IMG/VR virus record: IMGVR_UViG_2974557979_000001
DNA: 64,000 nt
Origin: a virus
Lineage: Duplodnaviria; Heunggongvirae; Uroviricota; Caudoviricetes; Straboviridae
Strand: one strand, 5' to 3'
Both the position numbers and the translations under genes were made by a program. The first letter of the stretch is position 1. Each line of letters opens with the position of its first letter. The notes under the pieces were generated by a model, which saw nothing but the letters and a program-made list of their open reading frames with translations, was not told the origin of the DNA and ran no database searches. Below are positions 27,438-36,702 of this stretch, piece after piece.

Positions 27438-28441
27438 TTGTAGTACCTCACAACATGTTCAGAATACACACGTTCAATGAAATCATTCCAGAAATCGCGA
27501 TCAACTTCTTTCGGATAACCAGATACAGCCGCCAGCTTTTCAACTTCACACATCGTTGATTCTAGCGCCTCTTGTACGGTTGCGAAAGGAACACCGCCAG
27601 CTTTAACCATTTTCAAAAATGCACTATCCGGAAGAGGATATACAATATCACCTTCTTTGAAAATCTGGATCAATTGCATACCACCGCGCAACGCATGAGA
27701 AAGAGCTTTCCAGTCGATCCCGTTGTTGGCTTCTGCTTGCCGTGCTCGTTCCCCGTATTCATCCCAGAGTTTATACACGGATTTTTTCATTTCCGCTACG
27801 GTGATCGTAGACTGGAATTTACGCCCCAGAACTTCATAAAATTCCTGACAACCTGATTTCAGTGTTTTGTCTGTAACGAATCGACAAAACTCGTTGGTCG
27901 GGAATCGGTTAGAAACCTCACCAACTTTGATGCGCTTGCCGTAGTTAGATTCATCTACGTTACCCAGCAATGATGTACCATACCAGTAATCGGGAATCAT
28001 TTGTAACACATCAACAACTTCACGCAGTGCCGCCAGGCGAGAACCTTTAACGCCATACTTCGCCGCTTGCTTACGAACATAACCAAACAGGCCAGTTAGT
28101 TCCGTAGTGTAGAAGCGTGAACGGTTAGCGCGGAGATATTGCCAGATATCAGAGTTAGCGATCAGTTTGCTATCATCTGCATGAAGCATATCAATCGCCA
28201 CGGTGTCACCATCACATGCGAGGCTAATAAACTTTTGCAGACTGTAAATCTGACGATCTACGTCATTAACACCGTTCTTTGAGTTTTTATCGCCAGTTGA
28301 TGTATCAATAGACTTCTTCGCAGTACCTAACAGGATTTCGCGAGGATGAGGGAGATAGATCCCTTTGTAGTCTTTATCGCTTGTTGGTGTTTCCAGTCCG
28401 TACAGGTGAGAACCAAATACGGTTTCCATAATCATTTTCAT
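27434..28441 (-). CDS. Pol-beta superfamily nucleotidyltransferase (unknown specificity)
   Basis: N-terminal FGSHLYGLETPTSDKDYKGIY = GS-x9-DxD NTase signature; later VAIDMLH provides a third acidic residue; C-terminal helical domain. Confidence 0.6.
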   Translation of the reverse strand: MKMIMETVFGSHLYGLETPTSDKDYKGIYLPHPREILLGTAKKSIDTSTGDKNSKNGVNDVDRQIYSLQKFISLACDGDTVAIDMLHADDSKLIANSDIWQYLRANRSRFYTTELTGLFGYVRKQAAKYGVKGSRLAALREVVDVLQMIPDYWYGTSLLGNVDESNYGKRIKVGEVSNRFPTNEFCRFVTDKTLKSGCQEFYEVLGRKFQSTITVAEMKKSVYKLWDEYGERARQAEANNGIDWKALSHALRGGMQLIQIFKEGDIVYPLPDSAFLKMVKAGGVPFATVQEALESTMCEVEKLAAVSGYPKEVDRDFWNDFIERVYSEHVVRYYK

Positions 28442-28818
28442 CAGAATTCAACCTTTAATGTTTTTGCAATCCCGCGCAATTCAGCGGTAGTAATATCAGG
28501 GATGTTTGTTCCGTAGCTGTTCCCAAATACCTTTTTAATCTTATCACACAAATCGCGGCGGTACACCATTTCTTTATATTCTTCTTCGCTGCGATATAGT
28601 TGATAACCCATCCAACCATCAGCCCACCCGTTATTGCGCTTGATTTTAATATTGGAACAGCAATCAGGCCCATCTTCCGGTCGAAAAGATGCATACAGGT
28701 ACTGACGCGCAACTTTTTGTACGTAAAGGGTTTTGGGGTTGCGATTTTGTCGCTGGTCACTACGGATCCCAGCATCATACAACGTATCACCAACTTTCAC
28801 ATCACTTAAATCAATCAT
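28441..28818 (-). CDS. hypothetical protein with VKVGD motif
   Basis: VKVGDTLYDAG at the N-terminus; the motif repeats twice in the gene at 29039..29650. Confidence 0.45.
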   Translation of the reverse strand: MIDLSDVKVGDTLYDAGIRSDQRQNRNPKTLYVQKVARQYLYASFRPEDGPDCCSNIKIKRNNGWADGWMGYQLYRSEEEYKEMVYRRDLCDKIKKVFGNSYGTNIPDITTAELRGIAKTLKVEF

Positions 28819-29042
28819 TTACGTCTCCAGCAATTAGTTTTTTCACAGTAATGAACGGGAACAGGCACACCCAACGTTTCTTTACTGCTTCTGTTGTATG
28901 TTATCACAACGAATCGGTTTTCGCCACCCCTAACACACTCCAGATCCAAAATCTCGCGGGTTCCCTTCGTGTTAATGTCTGCAACATAATATTCTTCGTT
29001 GTTGACAATCACTATATCCGACATAATCAAGCGAGGTTTCAT
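28815..29042 (-). CDS. hypothetical protein
   Basis: ORF. Confidence 0.35.
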   Translation of the reverse strand: MKPRLIMSDIVIVNNEEYYVADINTKGTREILDLECVRGGENRFVVITYNRSSKETLGVPVPVHYCEKTNCWRRK

Positions 29043-29650
29043 GCAGCGTATACCTCTGATTCATCGATCCATTCCAGATCCTGATTGAGTGATTCAATCA
29101 GCTTTTTATCGCGTCGGGAAATTACAACGGTAGAACCTTTGTCAGCTTTCACGATGATGTCACCAGAAGAGGTGATGTATTCAACCACATAATCACGGCG
29201 AGGGCTTCCGAGTCTATCACCAACTTTAACAGCACGTCTAACCGATTCATGAGATTTTTCGGTGAACACTAATACATCACCTACGTGGGTAACAATACCA
29301 TCAACAGCAGAACGAGAATTAACATAAATTTTGCTAATCTCCGCCATGAAAACACTATCTCTCAGATATCGAGCAGCCACTTTATCTAAACACTGAGAAG
29401 ATACTTTATCTCCGCCAGGATATACTGAGATAATCATTACATGACCCTGAACACGGGCGGTTCCTACTTTATGCAGAATGTAAACCATTGAACCATCAGA
29501 ATCTTTAGATACAAGGATCACGCTGAAAGATTCTTTGTGTTGCTTCTGAGTTTCTCCACAGGTAAAACTCACGTCCAGAAAATCACCAACTTTAACAGCA
29601 CGGGGTTTTGCTACTTGTTCACGAACACTAATAACAGGGATCATAATCAT
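29039..29650 (-). CDS. hypothetical protein with two VKVGD repeats
   Basis: AVKVGDFLDVSF and AVKVGDRLGSP internal repeats suggest a tandem small beta-domain. Confidence 0.5.
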   Translation of the reverse strand: MIMIPVISVREQVAKPRAVKVGDFLDVSFTCGETQKQHKESFSVILVSKDSDGSMVYILHKVGTARVQGHVMIISVYPGGDKVSSQCLDKVAARYLRDSVFMAEISKIYVNSRSAVDGIVTHVGDVLVFTEKSHESVRRAVKVGDRLGSPRRDYVVEYITSSGDIIVKADKGSTVVISRRDKKLIESLNQDLEWIDESEVYAA

Positions 29651-29919
29651 TTCCTCACAGTTTCAAATTCTTCATCAGATTTCCAGTACACGTTAAAATT
29701 ACGACAATCATGATCGGATGTCAACGTGTATTTTTCATTTGTTTTCTCATCGGTGATAACCATAGTTTCATTATCGATTGAGTTAACACCATAAACGAAA
29801 ACATTCTCACCGCGTTTGTTTAAAAACGCATCACCCTTTTCAATCAACTGCCAACAGGTAACAGGCAAACCACCCGGACTAACCGGGCGGGTAACAAGAC
29901 AATAGGGATGTTTAATCAT
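29647..29919 (-). CDS. hypothetical protein
   Basis: ORF. Confidence 0.4.
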   Translation of the reverse strand: MIKHPYCLVTRPVSPGGLPVTCWQLIEKGDAFLNKRGENVFVYGVNSIDNETMVITDEKTNEKYTLTSDHDCRNFNVYWKSDEEFETVRK

Positions 29920-30176
29920 TTAAATTCTTCCATTGCATAGGAAGTAAGATCTTTGAAATACCTTGCGGTGTTGCCTTCTGGGTTGTTTGTAATCTCCATC
30001 AGGATAACAGCACTATCAACTCCTGCTTTCTTAGCCATGAATGAAAGGGCTTCGGTAGCAATAATCGTTGCTTTCATAACATCAGCTTTAGAAACGTTGA
30101 TTGTATTCATTTTTTCTTCCTTTTCATTAATCACTTGGTATGTGTGTATAATACAAAAGCCCTCACGAGAACGCAA
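29916..30176 (-). CDS. hypothetical protein
   Basis: ORF. Confidence 0.4.
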   Translation of the reverse strand: MRSREGFCIIHTYQVINEKEEKMNTINVSKADVMKATIIATEALSFMAKKAGVDSAVILMEITNNPEGNTARYFKDLTSYAMEEFK

Positions 30177-30284
30177 GGGCTTTTTATTAAATTTCGTATA
30201 AATCTGGATTCACAATAACCGCACATAAAAGATCATCTATATGTGCGGCTTCTTGTTCTAAGGTTTGCTTAGATGAATGTGCTT

Positions 30285-31358
30285 TCAAGCAACCCCCGTA
30301 AAGGCGTTTACTATCTGGAAATGATCATCAAAGAATTCCCCTTGTCGTTGCACGACCTCATGCATAGGTAGCCAGAACGCGTCTGCTGCATCATCAGCAC
30401 CGCCCATGATACGAGGCAATGAACCATCGTTATTAGGTTCGAGCTTGATATATTGTGCTACAGTCGGTTTTGAGAAGTACACCGAACGTTTCGGATGATC
30501 GAACAGCATCGAATTACGGATAGAACCACGAATAACCTTTTCTGGTACTTTAATTCGTACTTCTTCCAGCAATTCACGGATCGCACAATCAAGGAACGTT
30601 TCGTTACCGTTTTTGTGTCCACCCGGAAGCGCTAACGCATCTTTACCAGGCGCAAACTTACGACGGATTACTAACACGTGGTTATTACATACGACCACTG
30701 AGTCAGCCGTGCAACAGTTCAGAGAATCCGGATACGGATATTTTTTGAACTTGTCAATCTCTCGTTGCCAGTGTGCATCTTCATGGGACAAACGCTGGAA
30801 TTCTTTTGTTTGTGTCCATTCATCGATAAAGGAAACCGTAGTGCTAGGCGCATATTTTAACAAATCTTCGTCCCAGCCTTCATGATGTTCCCAGATAATT
30901 TTGCGTAAATTGGTCGAGGACAGATCCTGATCTCCAACCTTCACAGGTTCAACCGGAATATGATTCCATCCGAATGCTTTAAGCCAGTAAGAATCTTTGT
31001 CTTTTTCATACCCGACGATCGCAATTCGATCATTTCGAGTTTCATCGATTGCCATACGAACACGGGATTTCCATTTTTCCTCGTTATAGAGGTAATCCGG
31101 AATGTACGCGAATTTGATTCTGGCTGCATCTTCAACATCAAGTTTGCAGATAGACCAGCGAGTGATCATTGCTTGACGCTGTTTAGCGGTCAATGGGTTT
31201 AATGTGTTCGGATATGCATAAGCAGAACCGATCAGAATGTAAACCGTATTAGCAACAGCAAGGGCTTCCCTTACCATTTTCTCATGACCATAGTGAAAAG
31301 GTTGAAAACGTCCAATTACTACAGCTTTATCATATTTGTGTTTCATAACGTGCTCCAC
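30285..31358 (-). CDS. natV: bifunctional NMN adenylyltransferase / Nudix ADP-ribose pyrophosphatase (NatV/NadM-Nudix-like)
   Basis: N-terminal GRFQPFHYGH (NadM-type NMNAT motif); C-terminal Nudix box GGHKNGNETFLDCAIRELLEEV. Confidence 0.85.
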   Translation of the reverse strand: MEHVMKHKYDKAVVIGRFQPFHYGHEKMVREALAVANTVYILIGSAYAYPNTLNPLTAKQRQAMITRWSICKLDVEDAARIKFAYIPDYLYNEEKWKSRVRMAIDETRNDRIAIVGYEKDKDSYWLKAFGWNHIPVEPVKVGDQDLSSTNLRKIIWEHHEGWDEDLLKYAPSTTVSFIDEWTQTKEFQRLSHEDAHWQREIDKFKKYPYPDSLNCCTADSVVVCNNHVLVIRRKFAPGKDALALPGGHKNGNETFLDCAIRELLEEVRIKVPEKVIRGSIRNSMLFDHPKRSVYFSKPTVAQYIKLEPNNDGSLPRIMGGADDAADAFWLPMHEVVQRQGEFFDDHFQIVNAFTGVA

Positions 31359-31522
31359 GTTTAAAGGTTAATCATAAAACAGACGCAATTATCAACACAC
31401 CAAACAATCCACCAATGAAACCAAAGAATAGTGAAATGAGTATAGTCAGTACGATCTGTTTTATGTTCATTATAGTATTCTCGTTTTAGATGTCAAGCCC
31501 CCAAAGAGGGGGCTTTAAAACA

Positions 31523-32449
31523 TTATTTACGAGAATCGAAAATCACTTTACCAGCATAATCCGAACCTATTACAGTTTGAGGTACGCCACCTTTATAGCG
31601 GGTAGAGTAGTTCATCTGTACATCCAGTTCTTTCCAGCGGATCATTTCCGGTGTAATGGTGCGTTGCAGGGCGGCGTTGGCTTCTGCTTCTTTCTTCGCT
31701 GCATACAGACGGGCATCAGCATCACGTTCGTTAGCGATTGCAGCGTTTTCACGCGCCTGACGGTCGGCTTCCGCTTGTTTTACTGCTTGTAATGAAGTCT
31801 GTTCTACTTTTTGCAGTTCAGCTTTAGCAGCGTTAACCTGTTCTTCGCGGATCTTCGTGTTAGTTACCTGTTCCATGATAACTTCCGGCAGGGTGATATC
31901 CTGCAAGAATACCTGTTTCACAGTGTAACCGTAAGGCCGTGCATAATCTTCTACTTCCTGCTGAATTGCAATTTGCAGTTGGTTTTGGATCTTCGCATCA
32001 AACAGGTCTTGCGCTTTCGGTACGGATTTACCAAATTCGCGAACAGTGGAAAGCAGTTTTTCAGTTACATACTTATCCAGTGCCTGATCCTGATTACCCG
32101 CGTTGATACGGTTGATCGGTGCTTTGCTACCGTCGAATTGCAGCATTACGGTCATATCCACAGTGGATTTAAATTTATCCTGGGACGGAACCTGTAATTT
32201 GTCGAACTTCATCGCGATGTCTTTGGTACTGAACGTATCAAACGTTGCCAGCGGGTTTACAATGTGGAAACCGGGCAGTACGGGTTTCGGTGATACTTTA
32301 CCCATGAAGGTTTCAGTTTTAACCGTACCGTCTTGCACAATGGTATACATGTTAGGCACTAACCACAGTGCTGCGACTACGCCCAGAGCGATCAGAGAGG
32401 TTTTCTTCGGGTTGTTCACGATAGTGTTTAAGTTCATCATAATTTCCAT
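31523..32449 (-). CDS. SPFH/band-7 (HflC/stomatin/prohibitin-like) membrane protein
   Basis: N-terminal TM helix LIALGVVAALWLV, an SPFH-like core, and a long Ala/Glu-rich coiled coil (EQVNAAKAELQKVEQTSLQAVKQAEADRQARENAAIANERDADARLYAAKKEAEANAAL) typical of HflK/C. Confidence 0.7.
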   Translation of the reverse strand: MEIMMNLNTIVNNPKKTSLIALGVVAALWLVPNMYTIVQDGTVKTETFMGKVSPKPVLPGFHIVNPLATFDTFSTKDIAMKFDKLQVPSQDKFKSTVDMTVMLQFDGSKAPINRINAGNQDQALDKYVTEKLLSTVREFGKSVPKAQDLFDAKIQNQLQIAIQQEVEDYARPYGYTVKQVFLQDITLPEVIMEQVTNTKIREEQVNAAKAELQKVEQTSLQAVKQAEADRQARENAAIANERDADARLYAAKKEAEANAALQRTITPEMIRWKELDVQMNYSTRYKGGVPQTVIGSDYAGKVIFDSRK

Positions 32450-32508
32450 AAGTTGTTGTTCAATTCGATAGTTATTCTATCATCACATTTCACGCTGTCA
32501 AACTATTT

Positions 32509-32931
32509 TTAAGAAAGTTTTGTCAGCTTGTAGATTGTTTGATAGCACAAGCCCTTAATCTCGTCCAGGATGTTCTTCAAAGAACTATCTACTGATTCGT
32601 AGATCTCGTTTGCTTCGTTGGCTATTTTACGGAGATACGCCACCGTGTCAAGCACATTTTCGGTTTTTAGCACAGGTTTGTATCTTCCCGTGATTCCTAT
32701 GTGGATTTCGGTGAATTTATCAACCAAATCCTGCATATCTTCGTAAAAACCCTCATATGCTTTATGTTGTGAGTATGAACCTGTTGCAAAATGTGCGCTA
32801 TGCATATAGGTAACGGACATAAGGCACATGCCAATAAAGGCATCTATCTTGCTTGAGTTCTCAGATTCTGTAATTTGTTTAAATGATTGCATGATGATCC
32901 CTTTATGAACGATGGATACTTGCAAACTCAT
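32509..32931 (-). CDS. hypothetical protein
   Basis: ORF. Confidence 0.4.
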   Translation of the reverse strand: MSLQVSIVHKGIIMQSFKQITESENSSKIDAFIGMCLMSVTYMHSAHFATGSYSQHKAYEGFYEDMQDLVDKFTEIHIGITGRYKPVLKTENVLDTVAYLRKIANEANEIYESVDSSLKNILDEIKGLCYQTIYKLTKLS

Positions 32932-33184
32932 ACGCGACCCTAATCCCTAGCTTTGCGCATTCGGATTCAGATCGGCATTGTTTTTGGTGCCATTTTCGTT
33001 CCATGTAGTTGTAGAATAGTTCGCTTGTATTTACGCTGGGAGGGATCGTTGTGATGTATACTTGAAGGGCCGCATTGATATAATCGTCAAATTCTTTCTG
33101 AACCGGACGGTCGGCGGCGTGTGTTGTGGGTGTCATCATCAACAATCCGAACAGCACAGCCATTGATATGCGTTTAATGTTCAT
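32903..33184 (-). CDS. rI: rI-like lysis-inhibition antiholin (periplasmic)
   Basis: Signal peptide MNIKRISMAVLFGLLMMTPTTHA; FYNYMERKWHQKQCRSESECAKLG resembles T4 RI FYSFMRTTYKNDPCSSDFECIERG; the tk neighbourhood matches T4. Confidence 0.55.
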   Translation of the reverse strand: MNIKRISMAVLFGLLMMTPTTHAADRPVQKEFDDYINAALQVYITTIPPSVNTSELFYNYMERKWHQKQCRSESECAKLGIRVAYEFASIHRS

Positions 33185-33290
33185 AACAATTACTCTTTTA
33201 CTCATAGACCCACTATAGGTCTACTCCTGTATATATTTATAGCAAAAACGAGGCCGAAGCCTCGTTATAATATTTTTGCTGTAAAGTCAA

Positions 33291-33683
33291 TCAAGTAATG
33301 TCATACCAACACAAACTTCTTTCGAAAGCGCGTATTTTGTTCACGTTTTCTACGTTTTCGTCCCAACCAATCACCCCAGCTTTCATACGTTTCAGTTCCT
33401 GACGTAAACGGGTACGTACTTTTGAATCAATTTTCTTTACTGCAATAGAAAGCATTGCATTCAGATCGCCATGAGCTTTGTTACCGTCGCGACACAGATT
33501 ATTATCAAATCGAATGTATGCACATCCTGATTTGTGTTTCCAGTTGGTTGAGTACCAACGCAACCCATCCGGATCAATGCCATGTTGAGCATAATAACGA
33601 GAATACTCTTTTACTTCTTCGATCTTTTCGTTAGATGAACGGTCACGAAGAGGATTGTATTTCTTACGGTAAGTGCGACTCAT
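33291..33683 (-). CDS. hypothetical protein
   Basis: ORF. Confidence 0.45.
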   Translation of the reverse strand: MSRTYRKKYNPLRDRSSNEKIEEVKEYSRYYAQHGIDPDGLRWYSTNWKHKSGCAYIRFDNNLCRDGNKAHGDLNAMLSIAVKKIDSKVRTRLRQELKRMKAGVIGWDENVENVNKIRAFERSLCWYDIT

Positions 33684-33700
33684 AATGATCTCCTTTTGTT

Positions 33701-34309
33701 TTATGCTTCCACTGTATCAGGGTTGTTCTTTAGTTGCAAGTAATGTTTTCGACAAAGTGAAACATATTTGTCTTCGGCCCCGATCTCAATCTGGTCGCCG
33801 TTAGCAACAAATTTGCCATTTGCATCAATACGGGCAACGGTAGTTGCTTTCTTTCCACAATGACAAACCCCTCGCAACTCCCTGATCTCATCAGCCAGCG
33901 CCAGCAACATATAAGAACCTTCGAACAAGTTCAACTGAAAATCGGTTCTTAGTCCATAAGTCATTACGGGTATATCTAATTCGTCAACAACCCGACACAG
34001 ATCCATGACATTTTTCCTGGAAAGGAATTGCGCTTCATCCACAAACACGCAAGAAACCAGATTCGGGCTGTCTCTATAAAAATGATTGTTGTGAACATCA
34101 TAATACAAGTCCATATCAGGCGTGATCATAGTGCATGTTGCTTCCAACCCAATGCGCGAAGAGATACTCTGTTTACCTTCTCGCGTATCAATTGCTGGTT
34201 TGTACATCAGGATCCGCATACCGCGTTCCTGGTAGTTGTATGCATCAGTGAGTAAACGAGCACTCTTGCCAGCATTCATTGATGCATAATGAAAATACAG
34301 TTTAGCCAT
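33701..34309 (-). CDS. tk: thymidine kinase
   Basis: YASMNAGKSARLL P-loop, VFVDEAQFL, YGLRTDF, CHCGKKAT zinc motif; collinear with T4 Tk. Confidence 0.92.
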   Translation of the reverse strand: MAKLYFHYASMNAGKSARLLTDAYNYQERGMRILMYKPAIDTREGKQSISSRIGLEATCTMITPDMDLYYDVHNNHFYRDSPNLVSCVFVDEAQFLSRKNVMDLCRVVDELDIPVMTYGLRTDFQLNLFEGSYMLLALADEIRELRGVCHCGKKATTVARIDANGKFVANGDQIEIGAEDKYVSLCRKHYLQLKNNPDTVEA

Positions 34310-34583
34310 TTATCCTCTCAACAAAATCTGGGGTATTCTGGAATTTTCCTTCCCCTTCATGGTTTTTGCATGTTTTGTTTGAACAGTAGATCCACCAATC
34401 CCACTCATCATAAGGGGGTTTGGTAATGTTCATTACGCAAATTAAAGGGAAATGACAATCCCGACAACGAACTTTTTCTATAATGTGTGCGTTAGCCAAT
34501 TGAAAACCATCCTTTACCCATGAGTTTTTCATTATGTCGCGCAAGATACTCTTTGATTTCTGGCATCCGGATCGCAGTGTCAT
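34302..34583 (-). CDS. hypothetical Cys-rich protein
   Basis: ORF; overlaps 34492..34719 in another frame, so one of the two may be spurious. Confidence 0.3.
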   Translation of the reverse strand: MTLRSGCQKSKSILRDIMKNSWVKDGFQLANAHIIEKVRCRDCHFPLICVMNITKPPYDEWDWWIYCSNKTCKNHEGEGKFQNTPDFVERING

Positions 34584-34719
34584 ATTCTTCTTTCGTCATG
34601 GTATGATTTGCGCAACCCATACACCCGCACACCTGCGCGTTACACCAACGGAGTGTTCCATATGTCGCAATCACCTTCATTGCTTTAGCTTTGATTTTGT
34701 CAGTCATGATTATAACCAC
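34492..34719 (-). CDS. hypothetical Cys-rich protein
   Basis: CNAQVCGCMGCANH cluster. Confidence 0.4.
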   Translation of the reverse strand: MVIIMTDKIKAKAMKVIATYGTLRWCNAQVCGCMGCANHTMTKEEYDTAIRMPEIKEYLARHNEKLMGKGWFSIG

Positions 34720-34987
34720 TCATTTCGTTATCTTGTGCTTGATGTATATCAAGATACCACATATTGATTTTACTTTTCAGTTCGTCCATTTCCTTACTCA
34801 GACAATTGTCAACGATACATAGAACATTAACAGTTTCTTTACGCTGCATAATGTTGATGTTATTCGCTTTCATCGCTTGCGCCAATGCATTACAGGTTTT
34901 AACCAGTGCGGCGCGTTGTCCTTTGATTACGGCGATCCGCTTGTTTGCTTTCTTAATCTCCCGACCTGCTTTGATAGGATCCATCAT
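34700..34987 (-). CDS. hypothetical protein
   Basis: ORF. Confidence 0.4.
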   Translation of the reverse strand: MMDPIKAGREIKKANKRIAVIKGQRAALVKTCNALAQAMKANNINIMQRKETVNVLCIVDNCLSKEMDELKSKINMWYLDIHQAQDNEMSGYNHD

Positions 34988-34989
34988 GA

Positions 34990-35463
34990 TTAATTCGCCT
35001 TACGAGGATCGAAATGAACGACAATGATCGGGTAATCACCAGTCACCTCATTAATAATGCGCTTAATGAGTTCCCAGTCGCCCCCAGCGAGGCCAGCACC
35101 GATTAAAGGTGTGATGATAGGCTTTCCAGTCTTAACGGCGTCAGCAAGCCCTACAGCCTGTTTAAAAGCATTGCCGATTGCGTCATAATCGACACGCGGC
35201 CCAGGTGTCCAGAAATCATATTGAGTATATGCATTGAAAACAATGTTGCCTTTTTCGCCAATGTAAACAGAACAAGTTCCGAGCTTATCACGGGAACCTT
35301 TTAACGTATTGGCATCAACTTGAAATGCACCAGGAATACGATCGCGGATTTCGCGAGCAATACCAGCGCCCATATTGCAATAGCAGTTGCATCCGTGGAT
35401 CAAATGGCCTTCACCGTTCAGATACATATTGACAGCATTACCTTTCACTTCTTTAATGATCAT
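34990..35463 (-). CDS. TARG1/DarG-like macrodomain protein (ADP-ribose hydrolase candidate)
   Basis: HGCNCYCNMGAGIA and PLIGAGLAGGDWELIKRIINEV match human TARG1 (HCISEDCRMGAGIA ... [22 protein letters not shown]); start set at MIIKEV. Confidence 0.72.
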   Translation of the reverse strand: MIIKEVKGNAVNMYLNGEGHLIHGCNCYCNMGAGIAREIRDRIPGAFQVDANTLKGSRDKLGTCSVYIGEKGNIVFNAYTQYDFWTPGPRVDYDAIGNAFKQAVGLADAVKTGKPIITPLIGAGLAGGDWELIKRIINEVTGDYPIIVVHFDPRKAN

Positions 35464-35547
35464 TTTTATTTTTCCGATATAGTAGGGCCACAACAAGGCC
35501 CATCAAAATCACAAGGATCCACAATACAGTGAATTGAACCCCTACGC

Positions 35548-35736
35548 TCATTTTCTCGCTTTCCGTTCACGGCGGCGATCTTCTTGATGACACATATATA
35601 AAACACCACCAAAAATTATAAAACCGATAACAACGCCTATAAAGTATCCAGCACTAAACATAGTCATCATCCCCGCAATAGTAACAAGGCCCAGTGCTCT
35701 CATGCTTACCAGCATTGTACGCCAAGAACACCACAA
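35548..35736 (-). CDS. small membrane protein
   Basis: Two hydrophobic segments and a basic C-terminus. Confidence 0.35.
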   Translation of the reverse strand: MWCSWRTMLVSMRALGLVTIAGMMTMFSAGYFIGVVIGFIIFGGVLYMCHQEDRRRERKARK

Positions 35737-35769
35737 CCGCCGCCATAATAATAAAAATCCAGATAGCCA

Positions 35770-36093
35770 TTAGTAAAGTCCTATGCCAGCATTGAATTCG
35801 TCAACCAAATAAGTACGGAACTTTTCGCACCGTTCCTTATTTGGCGCTTGTTTGCATAGATTCATCATTGGTTCAGACTGCAAAAACTCTTTTTGTTTCA
35901 GCAACTTACCGCGTTTATACAGGTGAGCATTTTCCTCTCCCCACATATAAGCAACATCTAACTGTTCTGCGATCACTTGCTTACATACTGCGACATCTTT
36001 GATATCACGATTGTTGCATAACTCATCCAGGCGAGCATCACCCGCGTGAGCAAATCCAGCAACCAGAGTTAAAAGCAGTGCTAACTTTTTCAT
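35770..36093 (-). CDS. secreted small protein
   Basis: Signal peptide MKKLALLLTLVAGFAHA. Confidence 0.45.
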   Translation of the reverse strand: MKKLALLLTLVAGFAHAGDARLDELCNNRDIKDVAVCKQVIAEQLDVAYMWGEENAHLYKRGKLLKQKEFLQSEPMMNLCKQAPNKERCEKFRTYLVDEFNAGIGLY

Positions 36094-36102
36094 GATGATT
36101 CC

Positions 36103-36702
36103 TTATTCATCCTCTTCGATAGGGGTATAATAATGCGCATTGCAGATATACGCAAGAACTTTTTTCAGAGACATATCCGAGAACGTCGGATCCTGATTTA
36201 GTCTCATCCCACTACCAGTTTCAACAGCCCAACGTTTGTTAGCTGGATTGTATGTCAGCCAGTAACAATCCCATTCAGACAGAGTATGTTCGAACAGATC
36301 GAAACGCTTACGCCCGTTTGCTTGCGGCCTGACAAAAGGTTCAACCATTTCTAAAGCGGTTAAAACTCGATTGATGTTTGAACCGTCTTCATCCATCGCG
36401 ATCCGCAAACAGTATTGGTTAATGTCCGGATCCATACCATCGATACCCAGACCGATAGATTCGAAAAATTTTGTTGCCGCGTGATAAGACACACTGGAAG
36501 AACGATATTCCAACATCACGGGGATCTTTTCCCCGTCCTTGACGTTGTTAATGATATCCTGATCGATGAGTTCAATCAGGTCTCTTTTCTCTTTAATCAA
36601 CGTGGAAATTTCTTCTTGCAGTGGGGCTATCTGTGCATGAAGTTCTTTTATCCGTTGATCAATTACGGTCACTTCGAACGCTAAGTTTCTCATTGTACCC
36701 AT
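36103..36702 (-). CDS. hypothetical protein
   Basis: ORF with an N-terminal coiled coil. Confidence 0.5.
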   Translation of the reverse strand: MGTMRNLAFEVTVIDQRIKELHAQIAPLQEEISTLIKEKRDLIELIDQDIINNVKDGEKIPVMLEYRSSSVSYHAATKFFESIGLGIDGMDPDINQYCLRIAMDEDGSNINRVLTALEMVEPFVRPQANGRKRFDLFEHTLSEWDCYWLTYNPANKRWAVETGSGMRLNQDPTFSDMSLKKVLAYICNAHYYTPIEEDE

